Of a stretch of 64,000 nucleotides of DNA, positions 38,924 through 47,961 are shown piece by piece; position 1 is the stretch's first letter, and each line of letters starts with the position of its first letter. The notes below the pieces were generated by a model that saw nothing but the letters and a program-made list of their open reading frames with translations, was not told where the DNA came from and made no database searches. Source of the DNA: a bacterium (GTDB taxonomy: Bacteria > Actinomycetota > Actinomycetes > Mycobacteriales > Jatrophihabitantaceae); assembly GCA_040004775.1 (NCBI GenBank), contig JBDUAD010000001.1:27453-91452 (forward strand). Reading direction: 5' to 3'. A program made the position numbers and the translations under genes.

Positions 38924-39328
38924 ATGGCTGCAGCGCGTTCCCGCCCCATTCGATCGGCCGCGGCGTCGGCGTCGGGCGGACCGGTTGTTGAGTCAGCGGT
39001 GTCGGCGCATCCCGATGAGCTCAACGCCGAGCAGGTCACAGCGGCCGTGACCTCGTTCGCGTTGCTGGCCGATCCGACCCGGGTGCGGATGCTGTGGGCG
39101 CTGCGCGAGGCCGAGCTGGATGTGGCGACGCTGGCCGGGTTGGCCGGCTGCCGTCCGACAGTGGCCAGCCAGCACTTGTCCAAGTTGCGCTTCGCCGGGC
39201 TGGTCGAAGGCACCCGCGACGGTCAGCGAGTGGTCTATCGGCTTCGCGGGGGGCACGTTCGCGCCCTACTGAGCGAGGCGCTGTTCCACGCCGACCATCA
39301 CGTCAGCGGGGCACCTGTTCACGATTGA
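38924..39328 (+). CDS. ArsR/SmtB family metalloregulator
   Basis: LADPTRVRMLWAL...VATLAGLAGCRPTVASQHLSKLRFAGLV. Confidence 0.85.
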   Translation: MAAARSRPIRSAAASASGGPVVESAVSAHPDELNAEQVTAAVTSFALLADPTRVRMLWALREAELDVATLAGLAGCRPTVASQHLSKLRFAGLVEGTRDGQRVVYRLRGGHVRALLSEALFHADHHVSGAPVHD

Positions 39329-39334
39329 GGGCAG

Positions 39335-39700
39335 TCAGCTGCTGGTGCGTCGAGCCGTGGTCTTGCTGGCGCGCAGTCGGTAGGACTGGCTGCCGGTTTC
39401 GAGGATGTGGGCGTTGAAGGTGACGCGGTCGACAATGGCGGCGACGAGACGCGGGTCGGGCAACACTGATCCCCATTCAACTGAACGGCAGGTTGGTCGC
39501 GATCGCGATCGGAGCGCGGTCCTCGCGTTCGGTGATGATCTGAAACAGCAGCTCGGCGCCGCGTGGGTCGATCTGGACGTAGCCGAGTTCGTCGAAGCAG
39601 AGCAGGTCGAAGCGGCCGTAGCGGCCGACGACCCGGGACAGGACTTTGTTTCGGGGCGCCCTCGGGCGCGCACCTCGGCGGAGGCGTTCAACGAATTCCG
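39335..39700 (-). mobile_element. istB: IS21-family istB helper-ATPase remnant (5'-truncated, frameshifted pseudogene)
   Basis: Manual translation gives ...RFDLLCFDELGYVQIDPRGAELLFQIITEREDRAPIAIATNLPFS*. A -1/+1 shift near 39478 then reads EWGSVLPDPRLVAAIVDRVTFNAHILETGSQSYRLRASK. Walker A region and istA are absent. Confidence 0.7.
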
Positions 39701-39841
39701 AGGTTGTAGCAGTTCAGTTGCCGGTCGGCTTACGGGTCGGTCACGCCGGGCGGTTCACCTCGCCGCCACCAGTGGTCAGCGCGCATTGCTGCGCATGACC
39801 GCGTTGTAGGGCCAGCTGCGCGAGACCCCTACGCTCGGTCC

Positions 39842-40687
39842 GTGGATCAGGCGCAGACGTATGTCGAGCGGGCTCCGGTGTCGGCCCTGGCCGGCCGGGT
39901 GCGCACGGTCTGGGTCCAGCGCACCGGGGCACGACGGTACCTGCAGCGCAACCTGCCGACCGGCGGCGTCGAGCTGCACTGCCCGATCGGCGGGCTACCG
40001 CGGCTGGTCGGACCCCTGACGGCAGCCGACGTGCAGGTCGTGCCGGCACACACGACGGTGGTGGGTGCCCGGTTCTGGCCGGGCGCGGCGACGCCGCTGC
40101 TCGGCCTGCCGGCCGGCGAGCTGGTCGACCTGACTGTGCAGGTCGACGACGTGTGGGGCGGCGCAGCGGCGCGGCTCGGCGAGCTGCTCGCCGGCGCCCC
40201 GGGGCCGGACGCGGCACTCGAGCAGCTGCAGCGCTACCTCCTCTGCCGGCAGGCGCGTACCGATGACCCGGACCCGCTCGTCACTGAGGCGGTGCGCCGA
40301 TTAATGCCGTGGCAGCCCGTCGAGGTCGCCGGGCTGACGACGCGGTTGGCGATCTCCGCGAGTCAGCTGCGGCGCCGTTTCCTGGCCACTGTGGGCGTGG
40401 GGCCGAAGAGCTTGCAGCGAACGCTGCGCTTCCAGGGTTACCTCGCGCTCGCGCAGGCCGCCTCGACGCCCGGAGGGCCTGTACCTCGTGGCCGGCTGGC
40501 CGACCTTGCCGCGGATGTTGGCTACGCCGACCAACCGCACTTGAGTCGCGAGTGCCTGCGCTTGAGCGGCCTCACGCCGCGAGAGCTGCTCAGGGGCGGG
40601 ATCGACCGGTGCGGGTGTGGGCATGACCATTCGGCGTCCTATCTGTCGTTCCTCGCTGGTCGTGCGCGGGCACTCCGGCCCGGTTAA
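39842..40687 (+). CDS. AraC family transcriptional regulator
   Basis: C-terminal HTH ...VGYADQPHLSRECLRLSGLTPREL; N-terminal cupin-like sensor domain. Confidence 0.85.
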   Translation: MDQAQTYVERAPVSALAGRVRTVWVQRTGARRYLQRNLPTGGVELHCPIGGLPRLVGPLTAADVQVVPAHTTVVGARFWPGAATPLLGLPAGELVDLTVQVDDVWGGAAARLGELLAGAPGPDAALEQLQRYLLCRQARTDDPDPLVTEAVRRLMPWQPVEVAGLTTRLAISASQLRRRFLATVGVGPKSLQRTLRFQGYLALAQAASTPGGPVPRGRLADLAADVGYADQPHLSRECLRLSGLTPRELLRGGIDRCGCGHDHSASYLSFLAGRARALRPG

Positions 40688-40740
40688 CGACGCGCGTTTC
40701 GTTCAAGCCCTCGATCCAGCGACGTCCTAGCGTCGGCTCC

Positions 40741-42069
40741 GTGAACAATCTCGGCCAGCTGCAGGCGGCGCTCAACGGCAACCTGCTCACGCCCGGCTCG
40801 TCCGCCTATGACGCCGCCCGGCGCCCGGCGCTGGCCCGATACCGGGATGTGCGTCCGCGGGCGGTCGTCCAGTGCGCGTCGACCCGTGACGTAGCCCGCA
40901 CGATCGCCTACGCACGGACCACCGGCCTGCACGCCGTCCCACGGGGCGGCGGGCATTGCTTCGCCGGACGCTCGTCGACCGAAGGACTGGTGGTCGATCT
41001 CGGCCGCCTCAATGCCATCGCGGTCGACGCGGACGGGCGCGCGACAATCGGGGCCGGCGCGCGGCTCACGCAGGTCTACGACGCGCTGCACCAGCATGCG
41101 CGGACCATCCCGGCCGGCTGCGGTGCCACGGTCGGCATCGCCGGGCTCACCCTGGGCGGTGGGCTCGGCCTGCTGGGGCGGATGCACGGGCTGACCTGCG
41201 ACGCGCTCGTCAGCGCGCACGTCGTGCTCGCCGACGGACGATTGGTCGAGTGCGACACGGAACGGGAACCGGAGTTGTTCTGGGCGCTATGCGGCGCGGG
41301 CGGCGGCCAGTTCGGCGTGGTCACCTCGCTCGTATTCGCCACAGTCGCGGAGCCGCGCGCCACCCGCTTCGAGCTGTGCTGGCCGGACGCCGCAGCAGCT
41401 GCGGTCATCGCCGCGTGGCAGCACTGGGCGCCGGTCGCCCCGGACGACATCACCGCCAACCTGACGGTCGTCACCGAACCCGGCCACCCCCTGCGCGTGG
41501 TCGTCTTCGGTGCCGCGCTCCGTGACGGTGAAGCAACGTCGACCCTGCTGGACGAGCTCGTCGGCGGAGTCGGCACCCGTCCGGAAACCCAGGCGCAGGA
41601 CGGCATGGCGTTCCGCGATCTCAAGCGCTCGTTGGCCGATCTCGACCCGCGAGAGAGCAGCGCGCGGGTCACGACCAGCCGGTCCGAGTTCTTCGCCTGC
41701 CCGCTACCGGCCGCAGCGATCGCAGCGCTGCTCGACGAACTCGCCACCAGGCCGCCGAACGAGCGGCGGGAGCTGAACTTCACGGCCATGGGCGGTGCGT
41801 ACAACCGGGTTGCCCCGGACGCGACGGCGTTCGTCCACCGCAACGAGCACTTCCTACTCGAACACGTCACCGACGGCAGCGCACGGTGGGCCGACCGTTC
41901 GTGGGCGATCGCGCACGACCATGGCTCCGGGCGGGTGTACCCAAACTTCCCCGACCCTGCGCTGAACGACTGGGCGGACGCCTACCACGGCGGCAACCTC
42001 GCCCGCCTCGTCGCGGCCAAGCAGTGCTACGACCCCGACCGCTTCTTCCGCTTCCCGCAGGCCGTCTGA
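40741..42069 (+). CDS. FAD-binding oxidoreductase (FAD_binding_4 / berberine-bridge-enzyme-like)
   Basis: PRGGGHCFAGRS, GCGATVGIAGLTLGGGLG, and C-terminal BBE-like YDPDRFFRFPQAV. Confidence 0.9.
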   Translation: MNNLGQLQAALNGNLLTPGSSAYDAARRPALARYRDVRPRAVVQCASTRDVARTIAYARTTGLHAVPRGGGHCFAGRSSTEGLVVDLGRLNAIAVDADGRATIGAGARLTQVYDALHQHARTIPAGCGATVGIAGLTLGGGLGLLGRMHGLTCDALVSAHVVLADGRLVECDTEREPELFWALCGAGGGQFGVVTSLVFATVAEPRATRFELCWPDAAAAAVIAAWQHWAPVAPDDITANLTVVTEPGHPLRVVVFGAALRDGEATSTLLDELVGGVGTRPETQAQDGMAFRDLKRSLADLDPRESSARVTTSRSEFFACPLPAAAIAALLDELATRPPNERRELNFTAMGGAYNRVAPDATAFVHRNEHFLLEHVTDGSARWADRSWAIAHDHGSGRVYPNFPDPALNDWADAYHGGNLARLVAAKQCYDPDRFFRFPQAV

Positions 42070-42086
42070 CATCACGAGAGGAACTC

Positions 42087-42656
42087 ATGTCTATGACCAC
42101 CGCCACCACTCTCGGCGCCGGCACGTGGGTCGGCGATCCAATCCATTCCGACATCTCGTTCCGGGTCCGCCACATGGGCGTCGGCAAGGTCAGGGGAACG
42201 TTCGCTCTTGCCGCGGCGGCGTTGACCGTCGGCGACGACGGCGCGGCCACTCCCAGGGTGACCGCGCTGATCGACGCCACCTCGGTGCACACCGGAAGCG
42301 ACCAGCGCGACCAGCACGTCCGCTCCGCCGATTTCCTGCACGTGGAGAAGCACCCGACGATCGAGTTCACCTCGACGGACGTCCGCGACATCGACGGCGA
42401 GACCTTCACCCTGGTCGGCGAGCTGACCTTGCACGGCGTCACCAGGACCGTTCAGCTGCAGACCGAGTTCCTCGGCGTCGTCGACGACCCGTCCGGCGCA
42501 GAGCGCACCGGGTTCTCGGCGACCACCACCATCAGCCGCGCCGCGTTCGGCGTCGACATCCACCTCGGGTTCGGAGCCGGCAACGTCGTGGTCGCCGACA
42601 CCATCGAGGTCGCCATCGAGATCGAGTTCACCGGCGGCGGATCGGATCTGCGATGA
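42087..42656 (+). CDS. YceI family polyisoprenoid-binding protein
   Basis: ATG at 42087. HSDISFRVRHMGVGKVRGTF, HPTIEFTST, LTLHGVTR. Confidence 0.9.
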   Translation: MSMTTATTLGAGTWVGDPIHSDISFRVRHMGVGKVRGTFALAAAALTVGDDGAATPRVTALIDATSVHTGSDQRDQHVRSADFLHVEKHPTIEFTSTDVRDIDGETFTLVGELTLHGVTRTVQLQTEFLGVVDDPSGAERTGFSATTTISRAAFGVDIHLGFGAGNVVVADTIEVAIEIEFTGGGSDLR

Positions 42657-42880
42657 GTAATACCGTGCTGTACATGTCGATGTCGCTCGACGGGTTCGGG
42701 CCGGCAGCGTTGACGTGCCCAGGGTGTCGGCCGATTCCGCCGGTTAAATTGGCTCGACCGGCGCAACGACCCGGGACCGAGCGGTCCAGTGATGACCGAG
42801 CTGAACTCGACCCCCAACCTCGCATGCCTCGCGGCGGCCAGGCACACCTACACCCCGGCCGGCTCTTTCACTTCTCATAA
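42653..42880 (+). pseudogene. Remnant of a RibD_C/DHFR-family gene (only the first ~15 codons recognisable)
   Basis: ATGA overlap with the yceI stop. MSNTVLYMSMSLDGF matches the N-terminus of the intact paralog downstream (MRNLVLQMGISIDGK). The rest of the frame is junk-like. Confidence 0.35.
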
Positions 42881-42959
42881 CCCATCCGTGATCCGGTGTG
42901 AAACCCGGGCGGCTAGTTCAATGTACGGACGACAAGAGGGACGACAAGAGGAGCACGAC

Positions 42960-43508
42960 ATGCGCAACCTGGTATTGCAGATGGGCATCTCGATCGACGG
43001 GAAAGTGTCCGGCGGTCCCGAGCAGGACATCGGTGGGGGCGAGGCGGAGCACCCGGACGTCGTCGCCAGGAAGATGGCATGGGTCAGCCAGGCAGGGCTC
43101 CACGCGATGGGCCGTGTCTCCTACGAGGAGATGTCCGGCTTCTGGCCCACGTCCACCGCCGGGTACGCCAAGCCCATGAACGAGATCCCGAAGGTGGTGT
43201 TCTCCAAGACCCTGACCCGGGCCGACTGGGCGACCACGACGATCGCCAGTGGAGACCTCGAGGAGGAGGTCGCGAAGCTCAAGGCCGAGCCCGGCGGCGA
43301 CATCATCGTCTACGGCGGCTACACGTTCGCCCAGGCCCTTACGCGCGCGAACCTGGTGGACGAGTACCGCCTGGTCACGCGTCCCGTCGCGCTCGGCAGC
43401 GGCGAGGCCATGTTCAAGGACCTCTCGGTGGGGCGCCGGCTCGAGCTGGCCGAGGTCACGCCGTACCCCGACGGGACCGTCATCTCCATCTACCGCCGGC
43501 CAAGCTAA
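42960..43508 (+). CDS. Dihydrofolate reductase family (RibD C-terminal domain) protein
   Basis: ATG at 42960 after AAGAGGAG. LQMGISIDGK, GRVSYEEM, IIVYGGYTFAQAL, DEYRLVTRPVALGSG. Confidence 0.85.
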   Translation: MRNLVLQMGISIDGKVSGGPEQDIGGGEAEHPDVVARKMAWVSQAGLHAMGRVSYEEMSGFWPTSTAGYAKPMNEIPKVVFSKTLTRADWATTTIASGDLEEEVAKLKAEPGGDIIVYGGYTFAQALTRANLVDEYRLVTRPVALGSGEAMFKDLSVGRRLELAEVTPYPDGTVISIYRRPS

Positions 43509-44042
43509 CCGCGTGCGGCAACCGTGCGCTCCGTCCGGGTCACAGCTCGCGGATCCGGACGTGGCGCACCCAGGGGTCGCGGTCCTTCCGGAGCACCAGG
43601 GTGGCAGGGACCGCGTGGACAGGATGCACTGCTCGAGGCGCCTCGGGCGACACGTCGGCGTACCGGCGGACGTACGACGCGGGGTCCGCGAACGTCGCCT
43701 TACGCTGGCACAGGGAGCGCTCGCTCGACGCACCGCGGCCGGGTGTGGAAGCCGCGGGGTCGACGTAGTGCCGAGGTCGAAGAAGTCGCTCGAGCCGGCC
43801 CGGCCCGCCGGGCCTCGGTGACCCGCCCAGCTGGAGGACGTTGAGCCCCTCGAGCCGTCCCAGTTATGGATTGGCTTACGGCGCTGTCGCGATGTCAGGC
43901 GGAGTTGCGGAGCTCGTGTTCGGCGGCGCGGCGGATCGAGGAGGACAGTGATCGGTCGTCGGCTTCGGCGCGGTGCTCAGCATCCCCAACCGGTGAGAGG
44001 TTGTCGTTGTGGGCGAACCCACAGTGGACATGGCCACGCCCG

Positions 44043-44558
44043 ATGGCTACCACCGCACGCAACGCTGGCGCAGAACCGCCAGCCTGTGCGCCGGTGGCGC
44101 TCGCCGTGAGCCTCGTCGCTGCGTGTACAAAGCACCCCGGCCGGGCGCCTCCCACGAGTATCAGCACAACAGTGGTTGGCTCTCCGGCAACCGCGACCCT
44201 CTCCACCGCACCGATTGCTGGCGCGGATTCTCTGACATGTACCGGCGCGATCGGCTATCTCGATCGACCCGAACCCGAGATGCAATCCGTGTTCGACGTT
44301 GTCGCACTGGACACCAACCGAACACTGCAGGCTCCAACGTCCGGCCTGACCGACCCGAGGTATGCCTATTTTGCCAAGTCGCCGCTGGAGATTCGGGTCG
44401 GTCAATTCGTCGAGCTCATCGTCCCGCTCGCATGGAGTCGCCATGTCGCGTTCAGCTGGGGAAACTCGGGTCCGCAATCGATCACAACGCATCTGCTGGT
44501 GACTGGCTGCCCATACACGACCGAGCACAAGGATTGGCTCGTCTACCCCGGGGCGTGA
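44043..44558 (+). CDS. Putative lipoprotein, hypothetical
   Basis: ATG at 44043 of ORF 43866..44558: MATTARNAGAEPPACAPVALAVSLVAAC with an LVAAC lipobox-like motif. Lower local GC. Confidence 0.45.
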   Translation: MATTARNAGAEPPACAPVALAVSLVAACTKHPGRAPPTSISTTVVGSPATATLSTAPIAGADSLTCTGAIGYLDRPEPEMQSVFDVVALDTNRTLQAPTSGLTDPRYAYFAKSPLEIRVGQFVELIVPLAWSRHVAFSWGNSGPQSITTHLLVTGCPYTTEHKDWLVYPGA

Positions 44559-44734
44559 GCTCCGGATCGGCGTCGACGGCACCCACGACGCCGCCTCGGG
44601 CGATGCTGCGGACACCGTCCGGGAAGAGGGCAGGGGTGATGGCGAGGTGGATCAGGCCGACGCCTGCGGTGAGCATCCCGACCTCAGGTCGGTGACGGTT
44701 GATCACCACTGGGAACGTCCTTCCGGGCGACGGA

Positions 44735-45922
44735 TCAAATCACGGCCGGATTGGCGGCGTCCACGCGCAAGCGACGGGACTTCGCGGCCTCGACCGCGCC
44801 GGTCGCAGCGGCCGTCGCGCTGGCGAAAGACACCTCCGAGAGCAGGCCAGGAGCCCCGACTTCGTCCCCGGCGAGGAACACCCCGTCGCCCTGGTCGACG
44901 GCGGGCCGGTCGCGCCAGGTGTAGCCGGGCAGGTCGAGCGCTCCGGTGCGGTGGTGGGCGCTACCGTCGCGCCGCCACACCGTGCGCTCGCGCCACCCCG
45001 GCAGGCCGAGGTCCACGAGGTCCTCGAGCTGGCGCCGGGCGTCGGGCCGGCCCTCCTCGCCGATCGGGCGTTGCGCCTGCACCAGGGTGCTGCCCTTCGG
45101 CGTGAGGGCAGGGTCGGCCCGCGAGAACGCTTCGACCCAGCCCGGCCGGTCGAGGTCGGAGACGATGAATGCGTCGCCGCGACGCCGATGCACCGCGACG
45201 TCGAGCAGCACCGTGTCCCCGCTGACCGCCGGCGTGGACAGCGGGCGGCCGAGCAGGTTGCGGGCCGCGGGCAGCGACGTCGCCACGATGGTCGGGCCGG
45301 TTGGCAGCGTGGTGACCGGGCTGCCCGTTTCGATGCGGACGCCGAGGTCATGGGCGTGGTCAGCCAGCCGGTCGACCAGCGCGCTCCACCCGCCGACCAG
45401 GTACCGCGGGCCGCCGCCGGGATTGCTCACCCGCAGCAGGCGCTCCCAGACGAACGCCGCGGACAGGCGTCCGGGATCACTGGTGAACGTCGCCACGCCC
45501 ATGAAGGACGAGGCCGCGGCCGCCGTCGCCTCGCCCAGAATGCTGGTGACCCAGCTGCGGAAGTCGACGTCGACGGGTGCGGTTCTTCCCCGCCGGGCCA
45601 TCAGCCTCATCAGGCCCGCTGATGGCATTGCGCGTAGTCGTCCGTCTCGGCGGAACCGGATGCCGGCGGCCGCGCCCATTGGCAGGCGCCGGTACGGCCG
45701 GGCCAGATCCCGGCGGAGCAGCCATCGCCACAGTGCGCCGTCGGCGTAGAGCACGTGCGGGCCTTCGTTGGCCACGAACGGTTCCGGCGTGGAGCGAGCC
45801 CGGCCACCAAGGTGCGCGTTCTTCTCCAACAGCCGCACCGGTGCGCCGGCCTCGGCTGCGGTCACTGCGGCGACCAGTCCGGCCATGCCGCCGCCGACCA
45901 CCACCATTTCGTTCGTCGTCAT
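44735..45922 (-). CDS. NAD(P)/FAD-dependent oxidoreductase (phytoene-desaturase/amine-oxidase-like)
   Basis: ATG at 45922: MTTNEMVVVGGGMAGLVAAVTAAEAG. C-terminal FLAGDEVG. Confidence 0.85.
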   Translation of the reverse strand: MTTNEMVVVGGGMAGLVAAVTAAEAGAPVRLLEKNAHLGGRARSTPEPFVANEGPHVLYADGALWRWLLRRDLARPYRRLPMGAAAGIRFRRDGRLRAMPSAGLMRLMARRGRTAPVDVDFRSWVTSILGEATAAAASSFMGVATFTSDPGRLSAAFVWERLLRVSNPGGGPRYLVGGWSALVDRLADHAHDLGVRIETGSPVTTLPTGPTIVATSLPAARNLLGRPLSTPAVSGDTVLLDVAVHRRRGDAFIVSDLDRPGWVEAFSRADPALTPKGSTLVQAQRPIGEEGRPDARRQLEDLVDLGLPGWRERTVWRRDGSAHHRTGALDLPGYTWRDRPAVDQGDGVFLAGDEVGAPGLLSEVSFASATAAATGAVEAAKSRRLRVDAANPAVI

Positions 45923-46028
45923 GCCAGGCAGACACCGCCGACCGCCGGACTGTGACATGGGCGCGGCGATCTCTTCTCCGTCCGCCCTGCCGTGTCACAG
46001 CCAGGGAGCATGCGGTGTCATAGCGAGC

Positions 46029-46964
46029 ATGACGTCCGATCCCGATCCCGGTCCCGGCTCCCGTCGCGATCCGGACGAGGAGTTCGAGCACCATCGGCGG
46101 CTGCTTGTCGGCGTGGCCTACCGGATCCTGGGCAGCGTGAGCGACGCCGAGGACGTCGTGCAGGAGACCTGGCTGCGCTGGTCGACCGTTGACGCAGCCG
46201 GGGTACGCGACCCTCGGGCGTTCCTCGTCACCGCCACCTCGCGCTTGGCCCTCAACGCGCTGCGCGCGCAACGCAACCGGCGGGAAAAGTACGCGGGGCC
46301 CTGGCTACCGGAACCGATCCGGACTTCGGACGACGACGTCTCGGCCAACGGAGATCCGGCCGAACCGGTGCTGCTGGCCGAGAGTGTCTCGATGGCCTTC
46401 CTCGTCGTGATGGAGTCGTTGACGCCGTTGGAGCGGGTGGTATTCGTCCTGCACGACCTGTTCGGCTTCGAACACGCCGAGATCGCCCGTGCCGTGGAGC
46501 GCTCGGAGCCGGCCGTGCGCCAGCTCACCTCGCGGGCCCGCCAGCACGTGCAGGAGCGGCGGCCGCGCAGCGTGCCCGACCCGGCCGAACACGCTCGCGT
46601 CACCACCGCGTTCATGCATGCGGCGGTCAACGGCGACGTCCAGGCCCTGCTCGACGTGCTCGCTCCCGACGTCGTCGTGATCACCGACGGTGGCGGGGCG
46701 ACGAAGGCGGCCCTGCGGCCGATCCACGGCGCGGACAAGGCCGCCCGATTCCTGGCCGCGATCAGCCACGACGCCGTCGGCGCGACCTGGACACCGGCCG
46801 CGCTCAACGGCCGCCCGGGTGTCCTCGTCTACTTCGGCGACCAGCTCATCGGCGCCGTTGATCTTGATACCGGGGACGGGCAGGTGAACACCGTGCGGGT
46901 GCAGCTCAACCCGGCCAAGCTCGGCGGTGTCGCGGCCGGTCAGGGTCCCGAACCGAGTAACTGA
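46029..46964 (+). CDS. ECF sigma-70 factor, SigJ-like, with SnoaL-like C-terminal domain
   Basis: ATG at 46029. VGVAYRILGSVSDAEDVVQETWLRW (region 2), LTPLERVVFVLHDLFGFEHAEIARAV (region 4), and a long C-terminal extension. Confidence 0.9.
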   Translation: MTSDPDPGPGSRRDPDEEFEHHRRLLVGVAYRILGSVSDAEDVVQETWLRWSTVDAAGVRDPRAFLVTATSRLALNALRAQRNRREKYAGPWLPEPIRTSDDDVSANGDPAEPVLLAESVSMAFLVVMESLTPLERVVFVLHDLFGFEHAEIARAVERSEPAVRQLTSRARQHVQERRPRSVPDPAEHARVTTAFMHAAVNGDVQALLDVLAPDVVVITDGGGATKAALRPIHGADKAARFLAAISHDAVGATWTPAALNGRPGVLVYFGDQLIGAVDLDTGDGQVNTVRVQLNPAKLGGVAAGQGPEPSN

Positions 46965-47062
46965 CGCCACCCGATCCATCACCGCCAGCGGCGGGCGAGC
47001 CGCCGAGCCGTATACGTGCTGTGCGCCCGGCCGCACGTGGGACCTACGGCTCGGCGAATCGA

Positions 47063-47917
47063 TCAGCGCCAGATGTCGATGGCGATCGAGCGCATCTGTT
47101 CACTGAACCGCCCGTCCGGGCTGGCCTCGGCCAGCATGTGCCGCAGCTCGGCGTCGAAGGCGGGCCACCGGTCGCCGAACAAGTGCGGCGCGGACCAGGA
47201 TAGCGAGTGGACCGACGCGGCCACCTGATCGACCGTGCGCTCGACCACCCGACCAGCCACCTCGAGTCGCTGCGGTGCGGTCCACCCAGCGGCGCGGTAG
47301 ATCTCCTCCTCGCCGCCCAGGTTCCCCGTCGGCCGCAACCCCTGTCCGGCCCGCGTCTCATCGCCGAGGTAGCGGCGCACCAGGTCGGCGACCGCCGCCC
47401 GCGGTGGGCCGGGGTGGGGCAGCTCGAGCTGCGTCTCGACGCCCTCGTGCGTGGTGGCGTGGACGTGGATCAGCACTCCGCCCGGGGTTACCAGAGCGCG
47501 CACAGTGGCCGCGACACGGGGCCGATCCATCCAGTGGAACGATTGCGCGAAGGTGACGAATTGCACCGGTGGCAGGTCGTCCGGTAAATCCTCGGCCCGC
47601 AGGTGCCGCCAGGTGACGTTGGCGATCTGCTGCTGGGCGGCCCGGCGGGCGGCCACGGTCAGCATGTCGGCGTCGGCGTCGACCCCGATCGCTTCGGCGA
47701 CGTGCGGGGCCAGGAGCAGGGTCAGCGATCCGGGCCCGCAGCCGACGTCGAGCAGTCGCCCAGAGCCGTCGAGCGGTACCTCGGCTACGAGCACATCGGC
47801 GAGTTCGGTCGGATACGCGATCCGCCCGGTGGCGTAGTACTCCGCACTTCCGGCGTACAGCGAGGCATCCCACGACCACGGCGACGTCCCCCCGTCACCA
47901 GCGGTTGGGGAGGACAC
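47063..47917 (-). CDS. Class I SAM-dependent methyltransferase
   Basis: LLDVGCGPG motif I. Confidence 0.85.
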   Translation of the reverse strand: MSSPTAGDGGTSPWSWDASLYAGSAEYYATGRIAYPTELADVLVAEVPLDGSGRLLDVGCGPGSLTLLLAPHVAEAIGVDADADMLTVAARRAAQQQIANVTWRHLRAEDLPDDLPPVQFVTFAQSFHWMDRPRVAATVRALVTPGGVLIHVHATTHEGVETQLELPHPGPPRAAVADLVRRYLGDETRAGQGLRPTGNLGGEEEIYRAAGWTAPQRLEVAGRVVERTVDQVAASVHSLSWSAPHLFGDRWPAFDAELRHMLAEASPDGRFSEQMRSIAIDIWR

Positions 47918-47961
47918 GGGCCTCAGCCGGCCGCGCCCGCGTCAGGACGCACGCTCGACAC

